Counted from the first letter of the whole stretch, positions 40,020 to 53,055 are shown. The stretch is DNA of 60,964 nucleotides, filler included, from Dugesia japonica (GCA_001938525.1; 6 parts of 6 records of this genome joined end to end with filler, not necessarily neighbours in it); one strand, 5' to 3'. Made by a program: numbers and translations. Notes: generated from the sequence alone by a model not told the origin.

Positions 40020-42520
40020 CCTTTACATTGATTGCTTCTTTATTATTATTAGTCAGAATACTACAATGTCCGTATGGTAGACTTTTGTTCTTTTCTACCC
40101 ATACTCTTTTGTAAATTGTTCCACTGAAACCTTTTGATTGTTGNAGTAGCAATCAAGATATAACTTATGATAAATGACACTATTTTTCAGTGTTACACCT
40201 TTAGCTTTCATCGACTCTTTATCACTAAGACGGCTGTAACACTTAGGTTCTAAGAACACAAATTTTTATACTTATTATCCTTTTTTTCATCTTTAAACTT
40301 TCCTACAACCAAATTCAATTTATCATTATAAAGAGGATGTGTTTTAAGATAATTAGAAGTATCAAGCAGATTATCACAAACCATAAAGCCTAACAATGTA
40401 TCTAATTTGATATCTTTAACCTCAAGGAAGAAGCTATCGGTATCACCAGCAGCAATATTGATCTTGCAATTTTCATCCTTTCTATATTTCTCAAGGTCAA
40501 TGTACTGTAATCGGTACATCTTAATTTAGAAAAGATCAAAAACTGTTTGTATCCAAATAAAGCATTTCCTTATTTAACAACATGCAATCAAATCATCATC
40601 TGTCTTAATAAATTTCCTAAACCCTGGTTTTGACGTATAAGTTACAAGTTTTTAGCCGAATTACAAAATCTAAGAATCATTCTCTTTTTTGGGTTTTTTA
40701 CAGACTTCCCATAAAGACTATTATTCAAGAGTTTATAATAATTTTTATTTAGATCAGAATCACTGTGTGGTCTTAAACGGATATTATCATCAATAAATTT
40801 CTTAAAGAATGTGTCTTGAGAAACCTTAACAGCTCTATGAACTTTATTTATTTTAACAACCAACTGTAATTTTTAACAATCTCCAATGAACAATTATTCT
40901 TAGAATAATGTGTGAGCAATAACTTTTTCACCTTAGATCCAGGTGGACTTTGATGTTCAGCAGCAACAGGAAGATCAGATAAATAATTATATAATGCTGT
41001 AAGAATTTCTATATCAACCTGAAAAGTATATCCATAAGATAAAGATTCCAAGTCAAGAATCAAACAATCATTCAATAAGTCATCAAAACCAGAGTAGATC
41101 CATTCAAAATCCTTTTAATGAAGTTTTTTGCTTAAAGCCCAACCATATAAATTATTTATATTAATGTATAACAAGTCAGTGTTTTCATCAGAAAACACAA
41201 TGTTTGTTTACAAAGGTAAGACCTCCTCTAATACCACCCTCAAAGAAAGTGTACATGTAATTGTCAGTCAATAATTGAATTGGATTAGTAAAAGTCATCA
41301 AGGCTGAAGCTCATGACATGCCTGGAATTCCAAAGAAATTAAGTGGTTCAAGTCTATTGTGAGCTAAAAATGTTTTCTTAACTGTTGGAAGAAATCAGCC
41401 AAAAGAAAAAAATCGAGTTTTAGATAGACCATCAAATAGTCAAGTAGGTTATCACATCCAGTAATTTCCCATCTTTCAAGAGCTTTATTATAAGATTCAT
41501 CTGTAATACCATCCCACTTAGGTGGCATTTCATATGTTTATTCTAATATTTGCAAACTTGAAGAAAACTCATATGGGAAAATCCCCTTAGATTTAACAAT
41601 CATATCATCATTAAACTCAATAGAAGTTAAAGGTGTAGAATTTATAGTCCTAACAGCAGCATCAAGAGAAGAGTTAATGAACTCTTCTACCAGTAAACCT
41701 AATAGTAGTATTACAAAAATGTGCAATGAGACATAAAAATTTCTCAGTTGATGTAGGAATACAAGAGATATTCCATTCAGTAAATCTATTCAAACAATGT
41801 TCGAGAATATGATGGAGATCATATCCTCTCAAATTTTGTAAAACTACAGGTAATTCAATTCTAATCTTCCTACTTAAGTTACACTTATAGCAAGAAATAC
41901 CTATATATCTACCAGTAAAGTGATCACGATCTCGAACCGGTTTAGACGTTTTCTGTTTGCATATATAACAAGTCTTAGAAGCCCTAAATTCCATTTCCTC
42001 AGAGAAAGTAATCACAATTTCCTTATTTCCATTCTCGTTATAATAATTAGCAACAGTCTTACTTATTTCCTCAACAGCCTTCAAGAAATTAAATACACAA
42101 TTCAAGCCTATAATATGATTATACTTAAATTCACTAGTTAAGTTATTAACCAGTAAAAGTCCTGCAGAAATAGGCAAGTGCTTATGAAGATACTTTTCAT
42201 CCTTCTCAAGAATAGACTCAAAGTTGGCGTAAATAACAAAAGGAGGTGTAATTGTCTTAGCAAAATCTTTAAACAACAATTTTAACAAATTTAACATGTA
42301 ATCCGAACTGAATCTTAACATTCTTCAAATCCTCTTTTATTTTATCTAATTTCTTTAACAAGGTATCTGTTAAAACTATTTCTCGCATATTATATTTAGC
42401 AACGTCCAATTTCAAGATTTGATGACACCTATAAAGATCTGACTCAATAACAGGGTCAACATGAAAAAGAAATCCACCAACTTGGGCTTCATCTTCCAAA
42501 AATTTATTCAAAACCTCGTC
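40020..42520 (-). pseudogene. Protein-primed family B DNA polymerase (pPolB) with endonuclease VII-like Zn module
   Basis: VIYANFES (ExoI), CYIC...RDRDHFTGRYIG.SCYKCNL, NLRGYDLH (ExoII), KGIFPYE, NNLYGWA, KLLNNSLYGK, GDTDS, GKFKDE and SLPYGH; many frameshifts. Confidence 0.92.
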
Positions 42521-44342
42521 TTCATCACCTATTTCCTTATCAAAAACCTTTGAAAAGATATATTATCCACAGAACTAACTAAATGACAGTCGGATCATTA
42601 ACTGAATTAACAGTTAGATCGACAATTGGATCCGCAACTGGAGCAAGAAAGTCTTCAACTTTAACTACTATTTTGTCATCATCGCTTATATTAATAACCT
42701 CTAGTTTAAACTACTTACAAGGAGGGGTATCAATTTTTATTAATTTATGAAATAAATCTTTTTTATTTTCCTTATTAAATGAATTTAAATGGTGTGCACG
42801 AACCTTATAAAATTCTTCATATGTACCTCAACTTATTGTAGTGCATGCGGGATATATGTAGTAATAATAAGAAATTCCATAATATTTCTCCATGACATCA
42901 TGACAAGAAATATCATGTATTTTATTCGAACAATATTTTTAGTATCTCGAACACTTTTCTATAAAAAAAAATCTTAAAATCGTGGTTAATAATAAAATCA
43001 ATATAATTAAAAATAAAAATGATAATAATAAAATGATAAAATAATAATAATATTAGTAATAATATTAATCAAAATCATAATAAAAATCAAAATAATAATA
43101 ATTATTGTCCCCATATTATTTAAAGATTATATATTAAAAAATTAAAATAATCTATATTAGAAAATTTAATCAAAATAAAAGAAATAATAATTAAAATACC
43201 ATGTGAAAAGTTTGAATAAAATTAAAATAACTAAAAAATGTGAATAATTAAAATATTTATTAAAGAAACCATGTGTACAAAATTAAATCAAAATAATAAA
43301 AATATTAATAATTTAATATAATATATATGAAAAATTAAACATTAGAAATTTGTAAAGCTTGTAAAAATTAGTTGAAATTTTCAAATGCATGACATTAACT
43401 ATTCCTACATAAAAACCATATTTCTCTGAAGAGCAATTAAGAGTAAAATTTTCCTTAAGGATTAATTTTATTTAAGAATTAATTAAATTTATTTAAGGAT
43501 TAATTAAATTTTTAATTAATTAAAAATAAAATATTATGCATTAAAAATGGAGGACAATTATTAAAAATCAAAATAATAAATCTTACTTTTCTGTGTATAT
43601 TTTAACACATCTGAATCATTCGGTATATTCTGCATATTTTCAACATAATTTGACATACTCTAATAATAAAATAAACAAATTAATTAAAAAGATTAAAAGT
43701 ACTTGATGGAATGTTATTTTATTATTTTCATTCATGTTTTGATTATTATTAGTTTGCATTTTGAAATTAAATCTAAATTAAAAAATTAAAAATAATTAAT
43801 AAAGTCTTACTGTTGAAAGTTTTTCTAGACTTATGTAGCAAATAAAAATGTGCTTCTTTTATATACCAAATGGTTACATAATTGAAACACAAAATTTAAA
43901 TTAAAATTGAAACGATTTAACAAAAAAACATTTCATATTATTTCTTAATAATAATAGTAATTTAATTAATATTTAAATAATTTAAACATACAATGTTCAA
44001 ATATTATTTAGATTTTTTATTTCTTCATCAAAGACATTTATTTCTAAATAATTTAGATTAAATGAAAATTAAATTAATCTTTAAATCAAACTAATTTAAA
44101 AATTTAATCTATAAACCAAATTAATTAAAAATTTAATGTACTAAAACTTTACAATAAAACTTAAATCTACTATAAAAATTTAAATAAAACTTAACAATAA
44201 AATTAAAATGACTTATAACAAAATTTACACAGTAAAATTATAAATTAAATAATTTTAAATTATAAAATAATAAATTCAATACAAAATGTAATCCAACATG
44301 TTGATTTTTTCAGCATATTTGATACTTTTCTAGAATATTTCT

Positions 44343-44690
44343 TCATCCGCTATATTGTTTTCTTAACCGTAATATGCAAAGTGAACCGAAATTCGTAGAG
44401 AGTAATTTCTGGTACTGTGTTCTATTGTAAATAAAAGGCTTGGAAAAACTCGATAGTTGCGATACTAGTATTGATGGACAGTAAAATCCAAATGGATCAA
44501 ATACTAGGATATGTTCAGGTTTATTGTAAACCGCTAACCAATGTTCACCTCTGAGGTTAGAGCTCTGTGTGTTGGCCTCTAGTGCTTCAATAACTGGAAT
44601 ATATGGAATCTTGTCTAATGAAAATACTCCTAACCAATATGATTCTAACAATTCTTTTCAGATTTTATCGATCTAAATTGAACTAATTAA
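44343..44690 (-). pseudogene. Adenain-like cysteine protease of Maverick
   Basis: GVFSLDKIP...NTQSSNLRGEHWLAVY...FDPFG...YNRTQYQ...STNFGSLC (catalytic H, D, Q present; the Cys of the CG motif reads Phe); stops near the N-terminus. Confidence 0.85.
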
Positions 44691-44777
44691 ATAAACAAAT
44701 TATTTGAATTATCAAAACTTACTTCATTTTCTTATAATTGTCATGACAATGAGATTGTTTAAACCAAAGTTGATTGT

Positions 44778-45990
44778 TTAAATCAATATTTGTCTTTTGG
44801 CAGTAATTTGAATCTCGTTTTCAAATACTCCGTAAATGATTACATGTGCTGGTGCCACTAATGTAGAATCGAATTTNNNNNNNNNNNNNNNNNNNNNNNN
44901 NNNNNNNNNNNNNNNNNNNNNNNNNNAAGGACAAAAGTGAAAAATGGATATTTGGTCTTAAAATCTTCTAGTGTTATTCCACAATTCATATTCTTGTTTA
45001 AATATCCCATATTTCTAACTATCGATTGCATATATGATGTACTGTAATCATTATTTTTAAAATCTTGCGAGTAAGTCTTTCANNNNNNNNCATTCTTAGA
45101 CAATGTCAAAGGTTTAACATTGAAATTATCAAAAAGTGAGCTTCGCATTTGATAACTTCTTTTATATCGTTCTTCGTATTGAAATGTAACCAGAATAAAA
45201 GTTGGTAATCTACGAACTCCAAAGATTTGCTCCTTATAAAATTATGAACTGTCTTTACTTATTGCATACGATACAATTTCCTTGGTTCTTATAGGATAAA
45301 TAGCATTTTGTTTGGTTAATCCAATTTGATGAGCTGTTAGTACTGATGAATCCACTCGAACTCTTAATAATTGATATTTTGGTTCATCAAGTTTTGATTC
45401 TAAACACATTTTTGCCTCAGATCCTTTCAATCGAATGTGAGAATTGACACCTGGAATAAGATATTTTGGTTTTTTCCATAAAATCTAATTGTAGAGATCT
45501 ACATAAAGACCATGGTTTTTATGATCTAATGCTTGATTGTCTAAAATTATCATTTCCTTATCTGATTGCGTTAAGAGAAACATCTTTTGTATCTCTATTA
45601 TAATTCAAAATAGTTTCAATCAATGCTTTAGGTACATAAGTTTCATTTCCATCTTCAACTTTAATATTATTTATTTGAATAATTACATCCTTGAATAGAC
45701 TATGCAACATGAAGTTCGCAGGCATTACATCGGCTTTTGGTTCCAATTCCTTACTATTCTTAGATACTACCTTCACTTTAACATACAAAAGAGTATCATT
45801 CAAATCCAAATATTCAGTTTGCGATTCATTTATAAAAACTCTACATCATTTGTACTTTCAGAAATATTATTCATTGGAAACACATCTTCAAATACTCCAT
45901 ATTCAAAAACCCCTTGAAGTAATGGACGATCAAAAATGCGCAATTATGTTTTTCCACAAATCATTAGTCAAATATGATTTTACATCTTTT
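44778..45990 (-). pseudogene. Maverick major capsid protein (double jelly-roll, PY-type)
   Basis: IFDRPLLQ...VEF...EYLDLNDTLLYVKVKV...NFMLHSLFKDV..QINN...KALIETILNY, AIYPI, and C-terminal VIIYGVFENEIQI; gaps and frameshifts. Confidence 0.8.
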
Positions 45991-46399
45991 TATTCGTTAG
46001 TTTATACCCATCAAGATAGAATTCTTACGTTTTATTCAACTTCCTTTAAGTTTTTCTTCAACCTTTGGTTTNNNNNNNNNNNNNNNNNNNNNNNNNNNNN
46101 NNNNNNNNNNNNNNNNNNNNNTCTTAGATACTACCTTCACTTTAACATACAAAAGAGTATCATTCAAATCCAAATATTCAGTTTGCGATTCATTTATAAA
46201 AACTCTACATCATTTGTACTTTCAGAAATATTATTCATTGGAAACACATCTTCAAATACTCCATATTCAAAAACCCCTTGAAGTAATGGACGATCAAAAA
46301 TGCGCAATTATGTTTTTCCACAAATCATTAGTCAAATATGATTTNNNNNNNNNNNNNNNNNNNNNNNNNNNNNNNNNNNNNNNNNNNNNNNNNTTTTAT

Positions 46400-46699
46400 T
46401 CAACTTCCTTTAAGTTTTTCTTCAACCTTTGGTTTTGAGATAATTTTTATAAACTCATCTGAATCCAAAAAGTTGTTAAGTTCATTCATTGGTAAAATGA
46501 ATGGTAAAATTTTTGCTTTACTATTTATTAGATCTTGTGCTGTTTTCATTCCAATTGCACCAATACGTTTAAGAAAATACAAAGCTAATCGACCAATTGT
46601 TTGCAACCATCCAGATCCATACTGTTTTCCTACAAAGTATGATAATTCTCCACTAACTTGACTAGTGCTATATAATGCTATAATATCAGGATTAGACAT
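46400..46699 (-). CDS. Small Maverick putative core/virion protein (QxGxG motif)
   Basis: MSNPDII...YFVGKQYGSGWLQTIGRLALYFLKRIG, located between the minor and major capsid genes; 5' part duplicated at 47392-47511. Confidence 0.6.
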   Translation of the reverse strand: MSNPDIIALYSTSQVSGELSYFVGKQYGSGWLQTIGRLALYFLKRIGAIGMKTAQDLINSKAKILPFILPMNELNNFLDSDEFIKIISKPKVEEKLKGS

Positions 46700-46709
46700 T
46701 TATTTTCCT

Positions 46710-47341
46710 AAAATCTTATTTAAATGAGCTTTTAGCATGTTACTGTAATGAAAAATTAAATAATTCATTTTTCTTTAATGTATACGTTTTGAATATATCT
46801 TTAAAAATGTATTTTACTAATTCATCTAATTCTTGTAAACTTTTAATGTATAAATCATTTTCAAACTTCAGGTAACTAGTTATTCCTTTACTATACGTTA
46901 ATTTAAAATGAACCTATTCAATGTCTTTATTATTTTTAAAATCTTTAAAAGGTATAATACTTCCACTATTTATATTTTTCTTTAAATTATTAAAACCAAA
47001 TATTTTTGCCACTTCTAAATTTTAAAATTTAATAACATAATCATGATATTTTTCTATTATTATCATATCGTAGCCAAATAACTATTTCAATTTCTTGATC
47101 CTCACAAATCATTTTGTTATCTTTGTTTGAAATAAAAACAAGAATATCCTTAGTTTCTGATTTTCCAGTATCTATTTTAACCATTGCTTTGCAATAAATT
47201 GGAAATGTATTATATAGAAAAGTAAAGTCTTCGAATGATACTTCCTAATTACCATTCAAGTAAATATGATTATCAAGTTCAACTATAAATTTACTGGCTT
47301 TATTATCTGGGTGAATACGTGTACAGCTATTACTAGGTAAA
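46710..47341 (-). pseudogene. Maverick minor capsid (penton-like) protein; duplicate at ~47515-48153
   Basis: N-terminal LPSNSCTRIHPDNKASKFIVELDNHIYLNGN*EV matches the LPSN...PxN..S.F...L...I.L.G.WEV signature. Confidence 0.72.
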
Positions 47342-48171
47342 NNNNNNNNNNNNNNNNNNNNNNNNNNNNNNNNNNNNNNNNNNNNNNNNNNCAAAGCTAA
47401 TCGACCAATTGTTTGCAACCATCCAGATCCATACTGTTTTCCTACAAAGTATGATAATTCTCCACTAACTTGACTAGTGCTATATAATGCTATAATATCA
47501 GGATTAGACATTTATTTTCCTAAAATCTTATTTAAATGAGCTTTTAGCATGTTACTGTAATGAAAAATTAAATAATTCATTTTTCTTTAATGTATACGTT
47601 TTGAATATATCTTTAAAAATGTATTTTACTAATTCATCTAATTCTTGTAAACTTTTAATGTATAAATCATTTTCAAACTTCAGGTAACTAGTTATTCCTT
47701 TACTATACGTTAATTTAAAATGAACCTATTCAATGTCTTTATTATTTTTAAAATCTTTAAAAGGTATAATACCTCCACTATTTATATTTTTCTTTAAATT
47801 ATTAAAACCAAATATTTTTGCCACTTCTAAATTTTAAAATTTAATAACATAATCATGATATTTTTCTATTATTATCATATCGTAGCCAAATAACTATTTC
47901 AATTTCTTGATCCTCACAAATCATTTTGTTATCTTTGTTTGAAATAAAAACAAGAATATCCTTAGTTTCTGATTTTCCAGTATCTATTTTAACCATTGCT
48001 TTGCAATAAATTGGAAATGTATTATATAGAAAAGTAAAGTCTTCGAATGATACTTCCTAATTACCATTCAAGTAAATATGATTATCAAGTTCAACTATAA
48101 ATTTACTGGCTTTATTATCTGGGTGAATACGTGTACAGCTATTACTAGGTAAANNNNNNNNNNNNNNNNNN

Positions 48172-49209
48172 GCGTTGTTCATTGTTAACTAATTGAGATG
48201 CAGATATTCAAGTAGGTGTTTCATAACCATGCCATTTTACATATAATTGTTTATATTTACCAGTTCCTTTTGACTTTATAATCTTTTCTATTCTAAATAG
48301 TGATGGCTGTTCTATGACTTGTAATTTTTGTTCATAGAATTTTCTAACAATAATATTTTCTTCGTGATCTCTAATCACATACATGACAGGGTTCTGCTTT
48401 GTATTAATCTTTGATTTTTGAAATACTTCATCACTTCAATTATTATTGAAATATTTGATAAATAATGAAGCTGATATCTTTGAGATTCTTACATGATCAC
48501 CAACTTTATATTAAGTTTATAATTGCTTTTGGTTTTTGTTTCAATAACCATAATTTCATAGAATTGTAAGATGATACATCAACAGGTCTTGCTCCATTTA
48601 ATCCTTTTTGATTTGTATGATTATAACTGTCAATTAATTTTGGTAATACATGAATCCATGTCTTATTACTAGTATGTACAAAGTACGTTTTCAATGCATC
48701 TCTCAATGTTCGATTAAATCTTTCAAAATATGCCGCTTTAAATTGTGAAAATACGGAATAATGNNNNNNNNNNNNNNNNNNNNNNNNNNNNNNNNNNNNN
48801 NNNNNNNNNNNNNNNNNNNNNNNNNNNNNNNNNNNNNNNNNNNNNNNNNNNNNNNNNNNNNNNNNNNNNNNNNNNNNNNNNNNNNNNNNNNNNNNNNNNN
48901 NNNNNNNNNNNNNNNNNNNNNNNNNNNNNNNNNNNNNNNNNNNNNNNNNNNNNNNNNNNNNNNNNNNNNNNNNNTAATTCTTGAATATGGAATCATTTCT
49001 ATCAAATCCATTTGCCATAAATCGTCAATCCCATAGTTTTTATACGGTCTTGTTGGAAATATTTTCCACATTAGCTTTTTCAAACTGTACGCTAACTGGT
49101 TCAATAACCACAGTTTTGTCTCGCTTTTTGAGCTTTTTGTCGCTTTCCATAACTTTTCCAGTCCTTTGAATCCTGCTCGATTTTTTGGGTCTTTCCATAT
49201 TGTTTCCAT
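48172..49209 (-). pseudogene. Maverick retroviral-like (rve) integrase with C-terminal chromodomain
   Basis: WKDPKNRAGF, IDDLWQMDLIEM, KAAYFERFNRTL, WIHVLPKLIDSYNHT, KVGDHVRISK, FYEQKLQ and RIEKII...YVKWHGY. Confidence 0.92.
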
Positions 49210-50250
49210 TACAACAGTTTGAGATAAATTTCAGATAAATTCGTGATAATGACTCTAAATTAACCATTGTTTTTAATAAATTTATTAATCCTAATAGTAG
49301 ATAGATAGTGGCACACAGGCACAATTTAATTCGGGCATAATTTTATAAATGACACAATTAAATCACACATTACGCTTGATCTGCGTTTTTTAGACATAAT
49401 TTTTGTGCTCGTTTTTTTTCTAAGATTTTTGGAATCAAAGTCTTTTTGATAGGATCAAATGTTTTTTTGATCGGATCAGTTTTTTGATCCTGAAAGTGTG
49501 TTTGTATTTTTAAATTTNAAATTTTGTGTGTTTGGGTTGCTAAGGTGATTTTTAAAAAGTAGGTCAAGTTGAGTTTGTGTGTGTAGTTGTGTGTGTAAGA
49601 CTGGAAAAAACGAGGAGGAAGATCTGGAGATCTTGGAGATAATTTTTTTGTGGTTTTGAAGATTTGGTTGTTGTTGGACAAAAGCTTGGTCTATATATTG
49701 TCTAAAGGACTTATGAGTTTGAATGGATGGTTTATTTTACAATGGTAGTGGCACACGGGCACAGTCGTATGAGTTATCGCGGACAGTTTTATGGAGGTTT
49801 TAGGTTTGTATGTGGTAGATGGAATTTGTTGGTTGATGTGTTGTTGGAAAGGTAATGTGATGGGAAAGATGTTGGTTGTCAAATAAGCTTTGATTTTTAA
49901 TTTTAAGGGCTGCAATTTAATTTGTTTATTTTGTAAGTAGTATAAGTGTGTTAAAAAACATTTTCGTGAGGTGTAGTTTGGTATGTGTGGAAATAGAATT
50001 AATTATCGGATTTTAAAAAATATATTTGAAATTTTTCTGTCGGTTGGTTATGACGTGATTATTTTTTGAAATATTTATTTTGGTTANNNNNNNNNNNNNN
50101 NNNNNNNNNNNNNNAATTTAATGAAAGTAATATTATTTTTGAGTATTTAATGTATTTTTGGTTATTTTTTCGGTGTTTTTGAACAGGGAAGGGTTGTTTT
50201 GTAATATTTTCAAACGGGGAAAATGGGAGTCTTGATATTTTTGTAAACTT

Positions 50251-50296
50251 TTTTGGCGGGAAATTTAAAATATTTTTTTGGTGGGAAATTCAAAAA
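50251..50296. promoter_or_regulatory. Tandem E2F/CHR-like motifs upstream of the Maverick integrase
   Basis: TTTTGGCGGGAAATTTAAAA and TTTTGGTGGGAAATTCAAAA. Confidence 0.4.
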
Positions 50297-50297
50297 A

Positions 50298-50397
50298 NNN
50301 NNNNNNNNNNNNNNNNNNNNNNNNNNNNNNNNNNNNNNNNNTTAATTAATTAANNNNNNNNNNNNNNNNNNNNNNNNNNNNNNNNNNNNNNNNNNNN
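50298..50397. other. Artificial scaffold-joining linker
   Basis: N44-TTAATTAATTAA-N44. Confidence 0.95.
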
Positions 50398-52858
50398 TTA
50401 TAATAAGTGGATTTATCTTATAAATAATTTTATTGGTAATGGATTTATTTTATTGTAAAATTTAGTCATGAGTTGAAATGATTGGCGTGTGTGTATTTTA
50501 GAAATCAGTATAAATACTGATTGTTTCTTGTAAAATTTTGGAAATTTGTGAACTGAGAAAACCTGTCTCTACGGCTGGCCTTTTCTCTGTGTCAATAAAT
50601 TATAGCGCTTAGTTAACTCTAAATAAAATATTTCAAAAGGTTTTATTTTTNNNNNNNNNNNNNNNNNNNNNNNNNNNNNNNNNNNNNNNNNNNNNNNNNN
50701 NNNNNNNNNNNNNNNNNNNNNNNNTTATAGTATTTACATATAAACCTCAACAGTAAAAATCAATTACACACAAGTAAGAGAACGAACCATAAATATCTTT
50801 TGTTGAGTTATATACCCAACATAAGTATTACTTAAACAACATCCAAAAGCCTAACAACCCAACATAATGCACAAAATTATAATATAATAAGTAATGAACT
50901 CTTTAATCAGAATGTCAAAAAAATAAAACAAATTGAATAATAACTATCAACAAAAACTATTTTAACAAATTTATTAATAACGGATCAAACCAAATAAAAT
51001 TTATTGTTGATTGGGGATCACGATTGTTTTTCATAAATCGTTAAATTTAGGATTTTCAATGATAATTCGAAATCATAATTTAGCCTTTTTGGTAATTTTT
51101 TTAATCATACAGTTAGAGATTTTTAGTTATAATTGAATTAGGATTTTTAAAAAATAATTTAAATAGTCCAGTATAGGTTTCTCTATAATTATTTTAGATC
51201 GAACGATTTGAGGTTTTCTGAAATTTTCTATTTTTATTCGGCGGTTGCCAAATAAATACATTTTTATAATCCAATTTTCAAAATTTGGTTTTATAATTCT
51301 ACTTTGTTCTGTTTTCAAAGTTTCAATTTTTTGGCAGTTGCCAAGTTTTTTTTAATTGAATCGCTTTATATTATATTATTAAAATTTTGGATAATGATAT
51401 TTATAATAATACACATAAGTATAACTATACTAGTAAGTAGTATGCTTTGTTTGTTGATAATGAATATTTTAACACTGAATAATAAAATTATTTGATGATT
51501 ATATTAGTTATTAAAATGAATTGAATATAAATAAAAATGGTTAAAACATCAAACAATTAGGAACCAGTGTTTTATTTGCCCACCAGTAACTATGCTATAG
51601 CATTACATGAACGTAACTTCCGTAAAATAAATATGAAGAAATATTCTTTTCTATTATTGGTGACAGGATAACATGTTGTAAAAGTTAAGCAGCAATTCTA
51701 AATTCCTCAAGAGACGGCTTTTTAAATCCACAATAGAAGTCGAATCAGCCGCAGCAAATCGTTACCTCCATAAAACATTTTGTATTTACCAACTTGTTTG
51801 AGCCAAAGTAATTTTGCCAATCATCACCAGTTAAATCCCTTTTCTNTGTAACTCCACTATGATTTAGAAAATAATTAATATGAAATTACTGTTCTCATAA
51901 GCCATGATAGAATCGATAATAAGTCATTCTCTTGCCAACAATCGTTATTAAATACTACAGATGGCTGATGAATATTGCAACACTAAAAGATCACTGATGT
52001 TAGTTGCAAATGGAGTTGCCCAGTAGTTCCTTCGCGTTGTTTGTGAAGTGATTCATATTTAAGACACATTGAGTCACCAATTTCCAGTAACACTCACTTC
52101 AGCNATGGATGATAATTGTGTGCAAATGACTGGTACTATTGTGTTAGTGACATAACGTCTCAGTCTGACATAATTATTCTGATGTATATGCGCAGTTGTT
52201 GTCATCTAAATTAAAATTTTTTGTTTTTGTACATAGAAAATCACCATTAGAATCCACCCAGTTATTGGAGTGACCAGTAATTATCATTCTCAAATTAAAC
52301 TTATTATTATAATCCTTCGCATCACTGCTACTATTTTTATTAATAGTATTACAGCGACCCTGGGTTACCACTAACATCATGTATTTTTTAACAGGACTAC
52401 TATTAAAAATATTGTTGGAAACGTTATTTTCATCGATATCATTATTTGTAATTATTATTATTATTACTTAACATCAATTTTGTCACATTCAATATATAAT
52501 CATAATTATTACACCTCTCGTTCATATTAAATCTAGGATTATGAGGTTGCTATTATTAACATATTTTTTTGGTGGTGCTATCCACAGCAATGGGTGCAAA
52601 GCCTTGTTACTAGCGTTATCATCACTTCGGAGTATCAGTGTTAGCCTTACCACCATTCTAATCGTCATTAGGGTGATGATATTAATTACATTATTCGGAA
52701 TAACAACATCCTGGTCAGGTCAGTCACGGTATTCGAGAATATTATCCCAACTCACAATATCTATTAATAAAACATAGATATGTTTTAACGGTTGTTACCT
52801 TCAACGTTATCATTGTTAAAAACTTCTTTTACCTTATTATTCTAATGCTATTTAAGGA

Positions 52859-53055
52859 ATGCCTGCCGAGCTAAGAACCATGTTACGCTTCATCTACAAG
52901 GCACGAAGATCTTCCTGTCGGAAGCAATAATAGCTCATATACTCTTCCCCACCATGATAGAACATCCAGACGCAACCGACTTGAGTTGCTTCCGAGAAAT
53001 GTCTTCACTGCCATCGGAGGTAGACTTAGACGATGATTTATTATCCCTCAAGTAA
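52859..53055 (+). pseudogene. Orphan cassette copy 2, ORF-A (EHPDxTDLxCF motif)
   Basis: MPAELRTMLRFIYKARRSSCRKQ/AHILFPTMIEHPDATDLSCFREMSSLPSEVDLDDD; homolog at 58241-58425. Confidence 0.65.

Larger units (their letters stand above)
40020..50297 (-). mobile_element. Decayed Maverick/Polinton (adintovirus-like endogenous virus)
   Basis: Co-oriented integrase, minor capsid, small core protein, major capsid, adenain-like protease and protein-primed PolB; all but the core ORF disrupted; TIRs not identified. Confidence 0.92.

Noticed and set aside
45758-48153. Apparent tandem duplication of Maverick capsid/core/penton segments (45758-46071 vs 46122-46434; 46580-47341 vs 47392-48153)
   Set aside because: Near-identical copies each abut N gaps, so they are most simply overlapping-contig assembly artefacts
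49370-49915. Thr/Lys/His-rich minus-strand ORFs upstream of the integrase
   Set aside because: They arise from GT-skewed low-complexity sequence with no recognisable domain
50298-50397. Physical link between the Maverick and the orphan cassette
   Set aside because: Separated by an artificial linker, so linkage cannot be inferred
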